Assembly (NCBI GenBank): GCA_964466705.1
Contig: CAYXSM010000002.1
Location: 200,868-264,867 of the forward strand
Direction of reading: 5' to 3'
DNA: 64,000 nt
From: an uncultured Rikenellaceae bacterium
Lineage (GTDB): Bacteria > Bacteroidota > Bacteroidia > Bacteroidales > VadinHA17
In this document: piece by piece, positions 28,348 through 38,979 of the stretch
Position numbering within the stretch: position 1 is the stretch's first letter
Layout of the letters: every line of letters begins with the position of its first letter
Position numbers and translations under genes: made by a program
Notes under the pieces: model-generated
The model's database searches: none
Told to the model about the DNA's origin: nothing
The model's input: the letters and a program-made list of their open reading frames with translations, nothing else

Positions 28348-31300
28348 TTAATACCGTTTTTTATAATTTTCTATCAGAGTGATACCTGGGTATCCCAATG
28401 CTGCAAGTTCCGGGAAATACCTTATTGTTTCCTCACGTGTATAGAATCCTGTCACTATAACGTGGTAATAATCCCATTGTTTAACGATCTCAACCGGCAG
28501 GCCAAGCTTGTCAGTTATTCTTTTCTGGGCGCGCAATGCTTTGGCCCTCTGATGGAATACCGCTACCTGCAATGCAACAGATGGCACCGGGGCAGGAGGT
28601 TCTTCAATGGCAGGAGCTATCTCAGGTATTTCATAAACAGGCTGAATAACAGAATCAACAGGTATGATCACGGGCCTTTCTTCAAGAGGTACTTCAGGCC
28701 CGGGAACAACTGACTCCCTGGCTTTCACCGTCAGGATCCAGAAGTCTTTAATGCCCAGAATTTCAAGTGTCGGGATATACCTTTCCATCTCTTCGGGAGT
28801 GCTGAATCCTGTAATACGTACTTTGTGCAGTCCGTCTTCCCTGACAATTTCAACGTTTTTGTCAATAAGTGAAGAGACCCTTTTTGACATAGACAGGGCA
28901 TTTGATTCCTGGCGGAAAGCGCCTATCTGAATTGCCATGTCAGGGACAAATATATAAGGTACTTTTTCAGCAGCACGTTCTTGTATCATCGCAAGAGAAT
29001 CCTCTCTTGTTATCAGTACCCTCTGCTGTTCTTTGGCGAGAAGTCTGATTATCCACAGCTCTTTAAAGCCTAGTTTGTTGAGCTTTGCGACATTTTCGTC
29101 AACCTCTTCGCGTGTCGGCAGATCAAGTATTCTCACCCGGAAATATTCACCGGAAATTGTAATCTCAACTTTTTTGCCAAGGTTTGCTTCAAGATTCCGT
29201 TTGAACCTTTCAGCCAGCTGTCTCGATTTAAACGCTCCTATCTGTATTGCCCAGGAATCTTCTGAGATAGTGTAAAGGGTTTCCGTAATTTCATGCAGGA
29301 CCATGTAAGTTGTGTCGGTCTTAACGGCTGGTATTTCCTCAGTTACAGGGAGAATGTCCTGTATTGTATCTGTAATCATCTTTTCAAGGATGAAGTCGAG
29401 TCCGTCAACGATGTCCCCGTCAATGCCGGCAGTTATACTGAAATTGATTAAGCCCGGTGCAGATGTCATTCCAAGCAGGGAGAGCTGTGACGTGTCGGGA
29501 CAGGCAAAATAACTACCGGGAGCAAGCCCGAGATAACTGTAATAGCCATCAAATTCAGAAAGGGTTTTTCCTGCCGGAATATTTCCGGTTGTATAAAAGT
29601 TTATGATAATACGTCCTAAGCCATTAGTTTCACCGTCCTTTCTGAGGAAAACGGTACCGCTTGCTTCACCTGCAACCATAACAGGTACATCAATCGGTTT
29701 CAGAATGTTCGGATCGACCGTAATGCTGAACGTTTCCACCGGGAGTTTCCAGGATATGTTCTCAAAGCTGTTAGGATCAAGTTCAATGAAACATTTTGTA
29801 TATGGTTCAAGCCCCAGGATACGTATTGTTGTATCTCTTTCGCTTTTTTCTATCCTCCCGCCGCTGGCCCGCAGGTTCAGTCCCTGTGCCCTGGGTTCTC
29901 CGGGATCTCTTACACCGTTGGCATTCAGATCAATGAATGCAGTTACCGAAATGCCTCCTCTTCCTACATTTGGCCGGTTATCTGTCCCAAGGTATTTTGT
30001 TTTCCGGTCGTTGATAATACTTCCCCTTGCATATTCAGTGAATGAAGCCCGTTTATCGAATTGTCTTACGGAAAAGCCGGTCTGGGCAAAAGAAAAGTCA
30101 TAGCGGATGCCAAGTTCAGCCATCCTCAGATTGTTCCTGAAATTCTGTTCATACGACATATTAACGTATGCATTGTCCAGAAAGCGCTTCTCAATTCTCA
30201 GCTTAGCCGACAAGAACTCATTGTTAGTGTATGAGTATTGGGTCTGAGGCATAAGGATGAAGCCTGCCGGAAGCCTTAAAGCAAGAGAAAGATTGCTGTA
30301 AAGATAAGGATCAGCATTTTTAAGAAATAATGCATAAGTTGTGAGATTGGTATTTACTCCGAAAAGTGATCCGGAGAACATCCATTCTCCTGTAGTATAT
30401 TTTGAGCCCGGAATGATAATCTGATATAAGGAAGCCCGCTGGTAAGATGAATGCTTTCCTATTCTCAGCGGCACCGACAGGGTTGCTTTCCTTTCTTCCA
30501 GGTAATTATAAAATATAGCTTCCTGATCTTTGTCGTAAAGCGTGTAGTTAAGGTCGACCTGAAGATTTGAAGGCATCCGGTATGTCATGGTTCCTTTTGT
30601 TCTGACCCCATGAACATACTCTCCCATCACAAGCAGGTTGCTGGTCACTCTCAGGGACGCATTAACATATGGCATGAAGGGCCTTGAATCGAGTGAAGAG
30701 AGATATTCAAGACCTCCGCCAAGGGTCAGATTGCGTGTCACGCCGTAACTTAATCTGGTCCGCGCGAACCTGCTGTGAAGAGTATCCTCAACAATTCCGC
30801 TGCTGACCTGGTATTCGAAAGTGTTTTTTGGCAGGAAACTGAACGGGATAATTATATTCTGTTCCCGGGAACGTTCCTCACCCCATGGGCCGTAAAACTT
30901 GAGCATAACCATTGAATTGCCGTATACAAGCGGAATCTCAAACTTAAAAAATCCTGAAGCGTCAGCTTTTACATAGTCGACCAGAACATTATTTACATAA
31001 AGCTCCACTATCCATCCGGGGTCTGTCCGGTCGGTGAGTGTATATGTACCGAATGACCTTCTGTATGTTGTTGGTGTATTGGTGAGCTGTACTCCAATCA
31101 CAGGATTGAAAAGCGTAGATATTGAATGAGTTGCAATTTTGCCGGCCATTACCTGTCTTAATGGCTTAAAATCGTTGTTAACATAACGCCATAGATAATA
31201 TTGCTGTTTCTGTGAAAGAGGATCAGAACTGTTGTAATACAGGGCTGCGGTGGCTTCACCCCCAGCGATCATTGCACCAAGCGAAAGGTTGAGCCTGGTC

Positions 31301-31974
31301 GTTGAATTTCCTTCGGTTTCCTGAGTTGAAATGGCAGACCAGTCAGCTGTGCCGAACCTGAACAACGGACGTGCCTGACCAATTGATGTATCAGCCCGGG
31401 ATTCTCCTTTAAGACGCAACAGGTTCCGGCGGAGCTCTTCCAGCCGCATCTCACGTATCATCGGTAGTTCAAGGCGGCTGTTAATTTTAACCGAAAGGCT
31501 TCTGAAATTGAAAACGCATTCAAGCCCAAAAATACTTCCGTAGTATTTTGACCTGAGATAGAGATTTGACTCTGTCCTGATAAGATCACCCGGTTCCAGT
31601 GTAAAAGTTCTGTCATTGAAAATTATGATGTTCTCAGTGCGCGAAATCTCAAATTCAGCTTCAGGATCAATAAAAAAACCTGTAATCGTTTCAAGGCCCG
31701 GCGAAGGAATATTTTTGATTTTTAGCAGGTTGAACAGATCCGTAACCGGCAGAAAAAGTTCCTCCCCCCTTATGGCTGCATCGATTTCACTGCCCCCCAC
31801 CATAGGTATTTCGACAAAAATTGAAATCTCGTCGTATTCAGGCAGATCCTGGGAATAAATTTGTCCATGGAGAAAAGGAAAAAAGAACAATAAAAAAAGA
31901 TTAACAGACCGTATCAGAAACACATGCATACTTCCTAATGACGGATTATTGAAATATGCATTTCTGATTATCAT
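28348..31974 (-). CDS. Usher-like outer-membrane protein with three C-terminal SPOR domains
   Basis: N-terminal periplasmic region; plug-like GWIVELYVNNVLVDY...F.FEIPLVYGNS..LKFYGPWGE; long beta-strand region; FIDLNANGVRDPGE and carboxypeptidase-regulatory-like domains; three xQ(I/V)(G/A)xF SPOR repeats. Confidence 0.8.
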   Translation of the reverse strand: MIIRNAYFNNPSLGSMHVFLIRSVNLFLLFFFPFLHGQIYSQDLPEYDEISIFVEIPMVGGSEIDAAIRGEELFLPVTDLFNLLKIKNIPSPGLETITGFFIDPEAEFEISRTENIIIFNDRTFTLEPGDLIRTESNLYLRSKYYGSIFGLECVFNFRSLSVKINSRLELPMIREMRLEELRRNLLRLKGESRADTSIGQARPLFRFGTADWSAISTQETEGNSTTRLNLSLGAMIAGGEATAALYYNSSDPLSQKQQYYLWRYVNNDFKPLRQVMAGKIATHSISTLFNPVIGVQLTNTPTTYRRSFGTYTLTDRTDPGWIVELYVNNVLVDYVKADASGFFKFEIPLVYGNSMVMLKFYGPWGEERSREQNIIIPFSFLPKNTFEYQVSSGIVEDTLHSRFARTRLSYGVTRNLTLGGGLEYLSSLDSRPFMPYVNASLRVTSNLLVMGEYVHGVRTKGTMTYRMPSNLQVDLNYTLYDKDQEAIFYNYLEERKATLSVPLRIGKHSSYQRASLYQIIIPGSKYTTGEWMFSGSLFGVNTNLTTYALFLKNADPYLYSNLSLALRLPAGFILMPQTQYSYTNNEFLSAKLRIEKRFLDNAYVNMSYEQNFRNNLRMAELGIRYDFSFAQTGFSVRQFDKRASFTEYARGSIINDRKTKYLGTDNRPNVGRGGISVTAFIDLNANGVRDPGEPRAQGLNLRASGGRIEKSERDTTIRILGLEPYTKCFIELDPNSFENISWKLPVETFSITVDPNILKPIDVPVMVAGEASGTVFLRKDGETNGLGRIIINFYTTGNIPAGKTLSEFDGYYSYLGLAPGSYFACPDTSQLSLLGMTSAPGLINFSITAGIDGDIVDGLDFILEKMITDTIQDILPVTEEIPAVKTDTTYMVLHEITETLYTISEDSWAIQIGAFKSRQLAERFKRNLEANLGKKVEITISGEYFRVRILDLPTREEVDENVAKLNKLGFKELWIIRLLAKEQQRVLITREDSLAMIQERAAEKVPYIFVPDMAIQIGAFRQESNALSMSKRVSSLIDKNVEIVREDGLHKVRITGFSTPEEMERYIPTLEILGIKDFWILTVKARESVVPGPEVPLEERPVIIPVDSVIQPVYEIPEIAPAIEEPPAPVPSVALQVAVFHQRAKALRAQKRITDKLGLPVEIVKQWDYYHVIVTGFYTREETIRYFPELAALGYPGITLIENYKKRY

Positions 31975-32008
31975 TTTTTAATGTATCACTTTTTAAAACT
32001 TATCCTTT

Positions 32009-32539
32009 TTATTCCCTTACAATAGTAATATCAAAAGTGCCGGCATAACTGCCCGGCGGATTGGCGGCAGCGTTGCCTACCGTCAGGGTACCGCCAATGT
32101 AAAGAGGTATTGCAACATTAAAATGGACATTTGAGACAAATGGTGACACGGGGTTTGATTCTCCTATACTCAATGTCATTGATCCTGATGGTATTCCGGC
32201 TAGTGAAACGTCCGGGCCATTAAGAATTGAAATAACTGTACCGGGGTGCGCATGTACTTCGAACAAAGCAGAGGAAAAAGCATAACCGAGGCCAAGCAGA
32301 GTAATATCACCGGTTGAAGTACGCACGCCGGACGGATCAATTGCAACGGTACCTCCGGAAAGTCCGTTGTAAAATGCCCCGAAGCTGAGGCCCTGGGCCG
32401 TGGCGTTAATCCTGATTGGACGGGGAGGCGGTTCCTGCGCTTCAGCCTCAGGGAAAGATACCATAAGTACGAGCAATGTTACAACAGTAAGCAGATACTT
32501 CCGGATAAAAGGAATAATATTCTTGCCAGGGGTCGTCAA
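32009..32539 (-). CDS. DUF4402 family pilin-like subunit (minor)
   Basis: Signal peptide; LSFGAF, GGTVAID, YIGGTLTV, PGSYAGTFDITI. Confidence 0.8.
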   Translation of the reverse strand: MTTPGKNIIPFIRKYLLTVVTLLVLMVSFPEAEAQEPPPRPIRINATAQGLSFGAFYNGLSGGTVAIDPSGVRTSTGDITLLGLGYAFSSALFEVHAHPGTVISILNGPDVSLAGIPSGSMTLSIGESNPVSPFVSNVHFNVAIPLYIGGTLTVGNAAANPPGSYAGTFDITIVRE

Positions 32540-35500
32540 CGTTTAATGCAGATCTTTTTAGTTATTTTGAAATTTCCCGCGATTAAGTTCACCAGTAAAA
32601 TTCCATCTCTGAAATTATTATCAAATTCATAATACCCTGAGTTATATATTTTTTTTGTCAGGAGAGATTGTCCAACTATGTTATAAATGGCTAATATTCC
32701 CGGTCTCCCGTCAGGGAGGTTGATATTGGCTATTACTTTACCATTTGTACTGTAGACTGTAATTACCTGATCTTCAAGCGGGGGATCATGAATGCCGGTT
32801 ACTGCTGATTCAAGGTTTAGCAGGAACCTGTTTTCATATTCACCCGCAGGAAGAAAGGCTTTATAATCATTGTCGTTCCTCAGATCCTGTTCAGATCCTG
32901 TAACCAGGTCTGTGAGAACGACCTTCATGCCGGTAAATTCGCCGGCAGCTTCACATATCCTGAATACGATGTTACCATCAACGTTTGTTTTCAGGCCAAG
33001 CGGAATGCTGCTCCGGAAATCAGATGATTTCGGCAATGCGTTAATTGACAATTTTGTCCCGTCGGTACCGAATGAATAAAAGCTGGGGACATAATAATCA
33101 GTATTAAGAAGTTTAAGGGCATCAAGGCTGCGATCGAAACCGGCATCTGCTTTTTCATCGAAATATATTACCAGCGGATCGGTTGATGATATGTTACCGT
33201 CAAAAGCAGCACAGAGCCTTAATAGCGGCAAGGGATCCTTTTCCTCTGATTTCATAAATGAATGTGTAAGGTCCGTTACCCTGACATCGTTATTCAGGCC
33301 CAATGTTCCTGTAACAGGATATGATCCATCAGAGACATGAACAAAGAATCCCTGCATCGACGGTATTATGGCAGTTGCAAGGCCATCGCTTGAAACTCCG
33401 CTTGCATATGTACTATATGTACCTCCGTATTCGTCGGTCGTACTGGCTTTGAAATAGTATAATGCATTATCAATATTTGTTTTAGTCCATCCCGAGGGTG
33501 CGTCCCAGTTGATAGGGGATGGATATGGATTTCCTATAAGGTTAAATCCCAGTGTATATGGATTATTGTGGTTATACAGGGTGACTGAAAGAGCCCCGTT
33601 GTTTACTTCACCGGTAATGTCGGCAGTGATTGAAACAGCTGTCGAACCGAAATTGGCTGCATAACCGGCAAGCGGCTCAAGAAGATCCGTTGGCGTAATA
33701 TATTCAACCCATCCGGAAGTCGCACTGCTTTCGTTGTACCTGTAAAAAGCCGGAAAGCCGGCGGCAAGATCGACTTCATCATCAAACTCGCTTACTGCCG
33801 CAGACTGGAATGGGGAACTCACGTATTTATACCCGTAAGCTGACGGAAGATATCTCTGCATCGTGACATTACCGGAAACTGAACCGGAACCTGATCCGTC
33901 AATCAATGCAGTACCGGAAGCTGTAGAAGAAAGGATTAAAAATCCATTTGATGAGAAATTACCAGTTTGTATATTGACAATGCCGGTTACAGAAAGCGGC
34001 CCCTGAAGAGTTACACCAGAGCTGTTGTTGATCGTCAGATTTTTTATTGTATTACCCGCAAATAATGATGCTCCTATGACCTGTGGAGTGGATCCGGTAA
34101 ATTCAACGGTTCCGTCTGAAACATCTAAGGTTCCGTCATTGATAATTGACCCGGATATCTGCAGTGTGTTTCCGGTAATTGTCAGAGATGCACCTGATTC
34201 AATTGTTATATTATTAACGGTCCCGGGAGCTCCGGAGTTGATCACAGGTTTATTAGTGACATTGGGTATTAATACAGTATGTGTGAGCTCCGGGATTATT
34301 CCGCAGGCCCAGTTGCCTGTAACATTCCAGTCAGCGCTTACAGAACCCGACCAGACCTGACCTGTTACTGTTAGCAAGGCCGATGAGCTGGTTACCGGAG
34401 ACGTGCCGCAGGTTGTTGTTATTACACATCTGTACTCTTTCCCGTTATTTAAGGTTCCCGGATCTGTTAAAGTAAGGGTCCCGGTATTTGCTCCTGAGTA
34501 GATTCCTCCGTCAGTAATGTCTGATTCATCCTCCTGCCACTGGTATGTAAGATCTGCACCATCAACGTCAAAGGTAAAGACTGCGTTGTCACCTTCACAG
34601 ATTGAAATCGGTTGGGGTTGTGAATTAATTGTAAGACCGGTGAATATGGAAAGATTGACCTCAGCGGATGTGCTTTCGCAGCCATTGACGGTTTGTGTAA
34701 CTGTATAGGAATAAGTGCCCGGAGCAGTTTGTCCGGTAGAAAATGGATTTGCTGTACTTACCAGATTGCCGCTTTGATCATACCATCTTATATTAACGCC
34801 ATTTGTTGCTTCAAGATAGGTTATCTGGTTTGAACAATAGTCTTTATCCGGAGCTGTTGGTGCAGACGGGATGTCTGTGATTATTAAATCTTTTGTAATA
34901 CTTGCAGGACCACAACCTCCGATGTATGTATATGTTATCGGATATGTGCCGGCTGAGGGAGGGGTAAATACATCACCTTCGATAAATGGATTTCCAGAAT
35001 AAGTACCACCTGCAGGATAACCAAAACTTAATGCTATTGGCCCCTTGCAAAAGCCTTCTGAAGGCAAATTGCTAGTTGTAACTCCAACAGCATCAACTGT
35101 ATAAAAAGTTGATGGGGATACCTGGTTGAAATATTCGGTTCTCATCCAGCTGTCTGATCTTACTTTATCAGAGATCCTTAGTTCATCAAACCTGCCGTTG
35201 AAATAATAGCTTGACTGGAAAGGTTCTTTCCCTATCACAAGATTATCAGATGCTATGCCCAATGTCCCAATTTTTTTGAAAGGTCTTTCGGGGATTCCAT
35301 TGACAAAGGTCTTGATTGAATCAAGAACATCAGAGCTTATTCCGGCAAGATAATACCACTGTCCTGTGCTTAACACTGTTCCACCGGCAACATTTCTGTT
35401 CAAGGAGGGAGTGTTGCCCGAATTCCTTATCTCAAATTCAACCTTATTGTTGGTGTATATCCCGAACTTATAACCACCGCTTGAATTATTCTGATTACCT

Positions 35501-37449
35501 GCGATTTTCTGATCACGGCTTCCGGCATTCATATAGACCCATGCAGAAACAGTAATGTTACCGGCAAAATTTATATTTGGATTATTATTAACCTGTACAT
35601 ACTCATCTGATCCGTTCAGCCCGAGTGCATTATCAATCACTCCCGAAGGATAAGACGGAGTATTATATGGAGTTCCGGCGAAATCGTTGGATGTAAAATC
35701 ATCCAGATTATTATCGTCAAGGTGCCACACACCTTTATAGTGACTGTCCCAGACTGATGTAACAGATTGGTCAGCAGTTACCTGAGGATTTCCATAGATT
35801 ATTTTGATCACTGTATTGGATGAACATGACAATGTGGGAATACGGACCCAGGCGATCAGATCACCATTGGTCCCGTTGTATGTTTCCAACTGATGATCGA
35901 GTTGATTATACTGTTCATCTGCAAAGATAATATCGTAACCACCAGGATTATAGACCTGACCTGCTGGTGCGGTTTTCAGAAAATCCTGATCTGAAAGGCT
36001 TATCATTAGAGGGAAATTATAAAGATCAGCACCTCCGGCAACTTTGGTATGATCTATTGAGATATTCCTTTCATACGAATAACCCAGAAAAATTGGAGTT
36101 TGGCAGGTCGCCAGTGTGAAATCGAATGACGATGTATTGAGGCTGGTAATCCCGGTACGGGAGATTTCATTACCTGTAAGTGATCCGTGTGTCCCCAGGG
36201 CCCTCCAGGAGGCATTAGCATTATCTCTTCCTGTTATTCTTGCAAAGGAATCCAGCGGATAGCTGGAAAAGCCATCAGCAGTCAGGGTGATAGTATAAAC
36301 TGAAGCAGGAGTACCAGAACTGGAAAATCTCCAGTAACCTTCAGTAAAAGCATTATTGAGTTGTGACCCGTTATCCGAGTAAGGTATAAAGTTTTCGGGG
36401 GAATCAGGAATAAACCCTGCACTTATATTTATGCCTGTGGATAATGAAGAGAAATTAATAATTGCAGGTCTGTAGTTAGAAGCCGTGCCAACCGGGAACA
36501 GATAATCAACAGAAGTGGTTGTGCTGATAGCCCGACTGATCGTTCCAACAATTGTTCCTGAGATATGATCCAGTGACGCAGCTGAATTATTTGAGAGAAT
36601 TATAGTATTACTGCCTGTTGTAATATTGCCGGCGATCATTGTAAGCAGGTTATTCACAGTAATGTTACTGTTCAGTGTAACTCCCACAGTATTATCGGCT
36701 GTAAGATTGTGATAAGTGTAGTCTCCTATGGTCTGGGCAATGGCCCCATTATATATCACAGTTCCCGATGCTGGTGCAGAGTTTCCTCCTCCAATGTTAC
36801 TTGTAATAATACCGCCTGTAATATTGCCATGGACAAAAAGACTACCATTGCCAGTAAAAAGGATGTATGTCCTGAATTGTGAACTGTTAAGAGTTATATC
36901 CCCCATAACTCTCACGGTTCCTGAAGAGATTCTTATATATGAATCCCTGCTATTAGGACTGCCACCGGCACCGGCAGTTGAGTTCGCATTTACTGATCCG
37001 GTTGTGAACAAACCGTCATCGACCAGAACAGCTTTTTCATCATTAGGACTATTTGAGTTAAGATATGTCTGACCGGTTACGGTTAGTGAGACACCTGGAT
37101 TAAACTGCAAGTAAGAATCCTGATTACCCCCATCGATCCGCAAGTTACCCACAGGAAAGGTTACGTCAGCAGTAATTGTAATTGTATGATTATTCTGAAT
37201 ATATACTGTTCCGGCACCTGCAGTTACCCCGGGATAATCACCTGCCGCACAGGGTTGCCAAATGCTTCCATCGTAAACCTGCCAGGATGTACCTGAATTC
37301 CAGTTTCCGCTTGCAAGGCTTTGGTAATCTCCAATTGTCTGGCCAATAACGATGTTATTATGCCAGGACACTGAAAAACTTGTAATGATGACAGTTAAAA
37401 GCTTTAACAATATCTTTGTTAGAGCATTATGTCCTGTCAGTATATTCAT
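32536..37449 (-). CDS. Large T9SS-secreted adhesin-like protein (DUF2341, LamG, Ig-like, type A CTD)
   Basis: Signal peptide; NFPLMI...DIIF...AWVRIP (DUF2341); GVWHLDD...GRFDELRIS (LamG); QPQPISICEG..LTYQWQ (Ig); C-terminus IYNIVGQ...GILLVNL...TKKICIKR. Confidence 0.85.
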   Translation of the reverse strand: MNILTGHNALTKILLKLLTVIITSFSVSWHNNIVIGQTIGDYQSLASGNWNSGTSWQVYDGSIWQPCAAGDYPGVTAGAGTVYIQNNHTITITADVTFPVGNLRIDGGNQDSYLQFNPGVSLTVTGQTYLNSNSPNDEKAVLVDDGLFTTGSVNANSTAGAGGSPNSRDSYIRISSGTVRVMGDITLNSSQFRTYILFTGNGSLFVHGNITGGIITSNIGGGNSAPASGTVIYNGAIAQTIGDYTYHNLTADNTVGVTLNSNITVNNLLTMIAGNITTGSNTIILSNNSAASLDHISGTIVGTISRAISTTTSVDYLFPVGTASNYRPAIINFSSLSTGINISAGFIPDSPENFIPYSDNGSQLNNAFTEGYWRFSSSGTPASVYTITLTADGFSSYPLDSFARITGRDNANASWRALGTHGSLTGNEISRTGITSLNTSSFDFTLATCQTPIFLGYSYERNISIDHTKVAGGADLYNFPLMISLSDQDFLKTAPAGQVYNPGGYDIIFADEQYNQLDHQLETYNGTNGDLIAWVRIPTLSCSSNTVIKIIYGNPQVTADQSVTSVWDSHYKGVWHLDDNNLDDFTSNDFAGTPYNTPSYPSGVIDNALGLNGSDEYVQVNNNPNINFAGNITVSAWVYMNAGSRDQKIAGNQNNSSGGYKFGIYTNNKVEFEIRNSGNTPSLNRNVAGGTVLSTGQWYYLAGISSDVLDSIKTFVNGIPERPFKKIGTLGIASDNLVIGKEPFQSSYYFNGRFDELRISDKVRSDSWMRTEYFNQVSPSTFYTVDAVGVTTSNLPSEGFCKGPIALSFGYPAGGTYSGNPFIEGDVFTPPSAGTYPITYTYIGGCGPASITKDLIITDIPSAPTAPDKDYCSNQITYLEATNGVNIRWYDQSGNLVSTANPFSTGQTAPGTYSYTVTQTVNGCESTSAEVNLSIFTGLTINSQPQPISICEGDNAVFTFDVDGADLTYQWQEDESDITDGGIYSGANTGTLTLTDPGTLNNGKEYRCVITTTCGTSPVTSSSALLTVTGQVWSGSVSADWNVTGNWACGIIPELTHTVLIPNVTNKPVINSGAPGTVNNITIESGASLTITGNTLQISGSIINDGTLDVSDGTVEFTGSTPQVIGASLFAGNTIKNLTINNSSGVTLQGPLSVTGIVNIQTGNFSSNGFLILSSTASGTALIDGSGSGSVSGNVTMQRYLPSAYGYKYVSSPFQSAAVSEFDDEVDLAAGFPAFYRYNESSATSGWVEYITPTDLLEPLAGYAANFGSTAVSITADITGEVNNGALSVTLYNHNNPYTLGFNLIGNPYPSPINWDAPSGWTKTNIDNALYYFKASTTDEYGGTYSTYASGVSSDGLATAIIPSMQGFFVHVSDGSYPVTGTLGLNNDVRVTDLTHSFMKSEEKDPLPLLRLCAAFDGNISSTDPLVIYFDEKADAGFDRSLDALKLLNTDYYVPSFYSFGTDGTKLSINALPKSSDFRSSIPLGLKTNVDGNIVFRICEAAGEFTGMKVVLTDLVTGSEQDLRNDNDYKAFLPAGEYENRFLLNLESAVTGIHDPPLEDQVITVYSTNGKVIANINLPDGRPGILAIYNIVGQSLLTKKIYNSGYYEFDNNFRDGILLVNLIAGNFKITKKICIKR

Positions 37450-37499
37450 CGTATCATTTCTGGTGCCAGCCAAAGAGGTTAATTGATGCAGGAAAAAGA

Positions 37500-38390
37500 T
37501 TAACGGTTCAGTTGTATTTCTGCTCCAGCAAACCTTTCAGGTTTGACGTCTGAAGGTGAAGAATATGTAATACTCAGTTTTCCTGACCTGTAATCCACTC
37601 CTGGTGCCTTGTTCAGGCTGAACTGAAAGCGTCTTACAGTGTTTGGAGTATAAACCGCGATACCGTTTGCAATGCCGACACGTGTGATGGTTCCCTGAGA
37701 AGATATATGGTCCACGGTAAGATCCCCATAAACAGACATATTACCGCTGCGGTTAAAGACCAGACTTAAGAGTGGTGTTTCATTTTCGACAAAGCTGAGT
37801 GATGCATCAGATATGCTGACCCTTGCAGTTGATCCTCCCACCCTGATGATTACTGGTATAGTAATCCCGAATATCGGCGTAAGCCTGACAGATATCGAAG
37901 TGCTGTCAATCAGGGTCTCTTCTTTACCGAGAGGCTTTTCTCTGGGGACAGCCCTGAAATAAATATGTGAGCGGTATTCCCCTTCGGTCAATTCACCCTG
38001 TCTTATAACCTGCAGCTTTACCACCTGTGATTCCTTTGGACCAAGAGTGACCGTTCTTGGAAAATATCTGATATGCCGGTCAGCAAACCTCTGCCCGGGA
38101 TCAGGTTCCGTAATTGTCTCAAATCCACCATTTTCCTTCATCCTGATCTGCAATATCGATATTGAGTAGGTTGCTGTATCCTGACCGATATTTGCAAGGT
38201 TGAGATCCATAGATCTTCTTGATCCTTCAAAAACCACCCTTTTGGGTGTTATGAGCAGGTCTCCCTGCGCTGCTACCTTTGCAGGCAGGATGGCAAGGAC
38301 TCCTGAAATAACTGTAAAGAAAAACAGAAAAAACCTTGCTTTGCATAAGCAAAAGGAAAGATTTTTTTGAATTGACCCTATATATGACAT
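37500..38390 (-). CDS. Fimbrial periplasmic chaperone (PapD/archaic type)
   Basis: LLITPKRVVFE, LNLANIG, IRYFPRTVTLGPKESQVVKL, GEYRSHIYF, GITIPVIIR; start placed at ATG 38390 to avoid overlap with the upstream pilin. Confidence 0.85.
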   Translation of the reverse strand: MSYIGSIQKNLSFCLCKARFFLFFFTVISGVLAILPAKVAAQGDLLITPKRVVFEGSRRSMDLNLANIGQDTATYSISILQIRMKENGGFETITEPDPGQRFADRHIRYFPRTVTLGPKESQVVKLQVIRQGELTEGEYRSHIYFRAVPREKPLGKEETLIDSTSISVRLTPIFGITIPVIIRVGGSTARVSISDASLSFVENETPLLSLVFNRSGNMSVYGDLTVDHISSQGTITRVGIANGIAVYTPNTVRRFQFSLNKAPGVDYRSGKLSITYSSPSDVKPERFAGAEIQLNR

Positions 38391-38412
38391 TGGAATTTTA
38401 TTTACCAGCCTG

Positions 38413-38946
38413 CTAATTGAAGTCAAATGTAACGGTGTATGTTCCGGTGTATACCCCGACAGGATTGTCATGGAAATTACCTACATTAAGTGTGGCACCA
38501 ATGTAGACCACCTGGAATCCGTCGCTAAGCATTCCGGCTCCCGGACCCGGTGACGGCACGGATCTCCATTCACCAACCGTCATAGTTTTGGCCTCAGATA
38601 CGTGCTGCAGTATCACCGGGTCCCCGGGCAGTGTTATTGAATACGCAGCGTCAACGTCTCCCGAGACATGAAAGCTGGCAACGTTATGAAATCCGGGTGC
38701 CTTGTAAATACTGCCCAGGACCGATATTGTGTTTTCAGGTGCAAGTATAATCTTTCCTCCTTCCGGACCGGGAGAGAATTTCCCGAAATTCAGCTGCGAT
38801 GTTTCAGATGCGCTAAAAACAGGTACAATTTCAGCTACCACATGTCCTGTGGCACTTACGGGAGTCAGCCCCTGAGAATTTGCAGAATGACCCGTCAGCA
38901 ACAACAGACATACAATATTCAGAAACAGAACCTTATACTGATCCAT
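38413..38946 (-). CDS. DUF4402 family pilin-like subunit
   Basis: Signal peptide; VSATGHVVAEIV N-terminal strand, LNFGKF, YIGATLNV, GVYTGTYTVTFDFN. Confidence 0.85.
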   Translation of the reverse strand: MDQYKVLFLNIVCLLLLTGHSANSQGLTPVSATGHVVAEIVPVFSASETSQLNFGKFSPGPEGGKIILAPENTISVLGSIYKAPGFHNVASFHVSGDVDAAYSITLPGDPVILQHVSEAKTMTVGEWRSVPSPGPGAGMLSDGFQVVYIGATLNVGNFHDNPVGVYTGTYTVTFDFN

Positions 38947-38979
38947 CACATTTGTTCAAAATGTACGCCAGAGAATATC

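Noticed and set aside
38391-38471. Apparent overlap of the chaperone ORF with the upstream pilin
   Set aside because: Artefact of longest-ORF calling; the ATG at 38390 precedes the signal peptide and removes the overlap.
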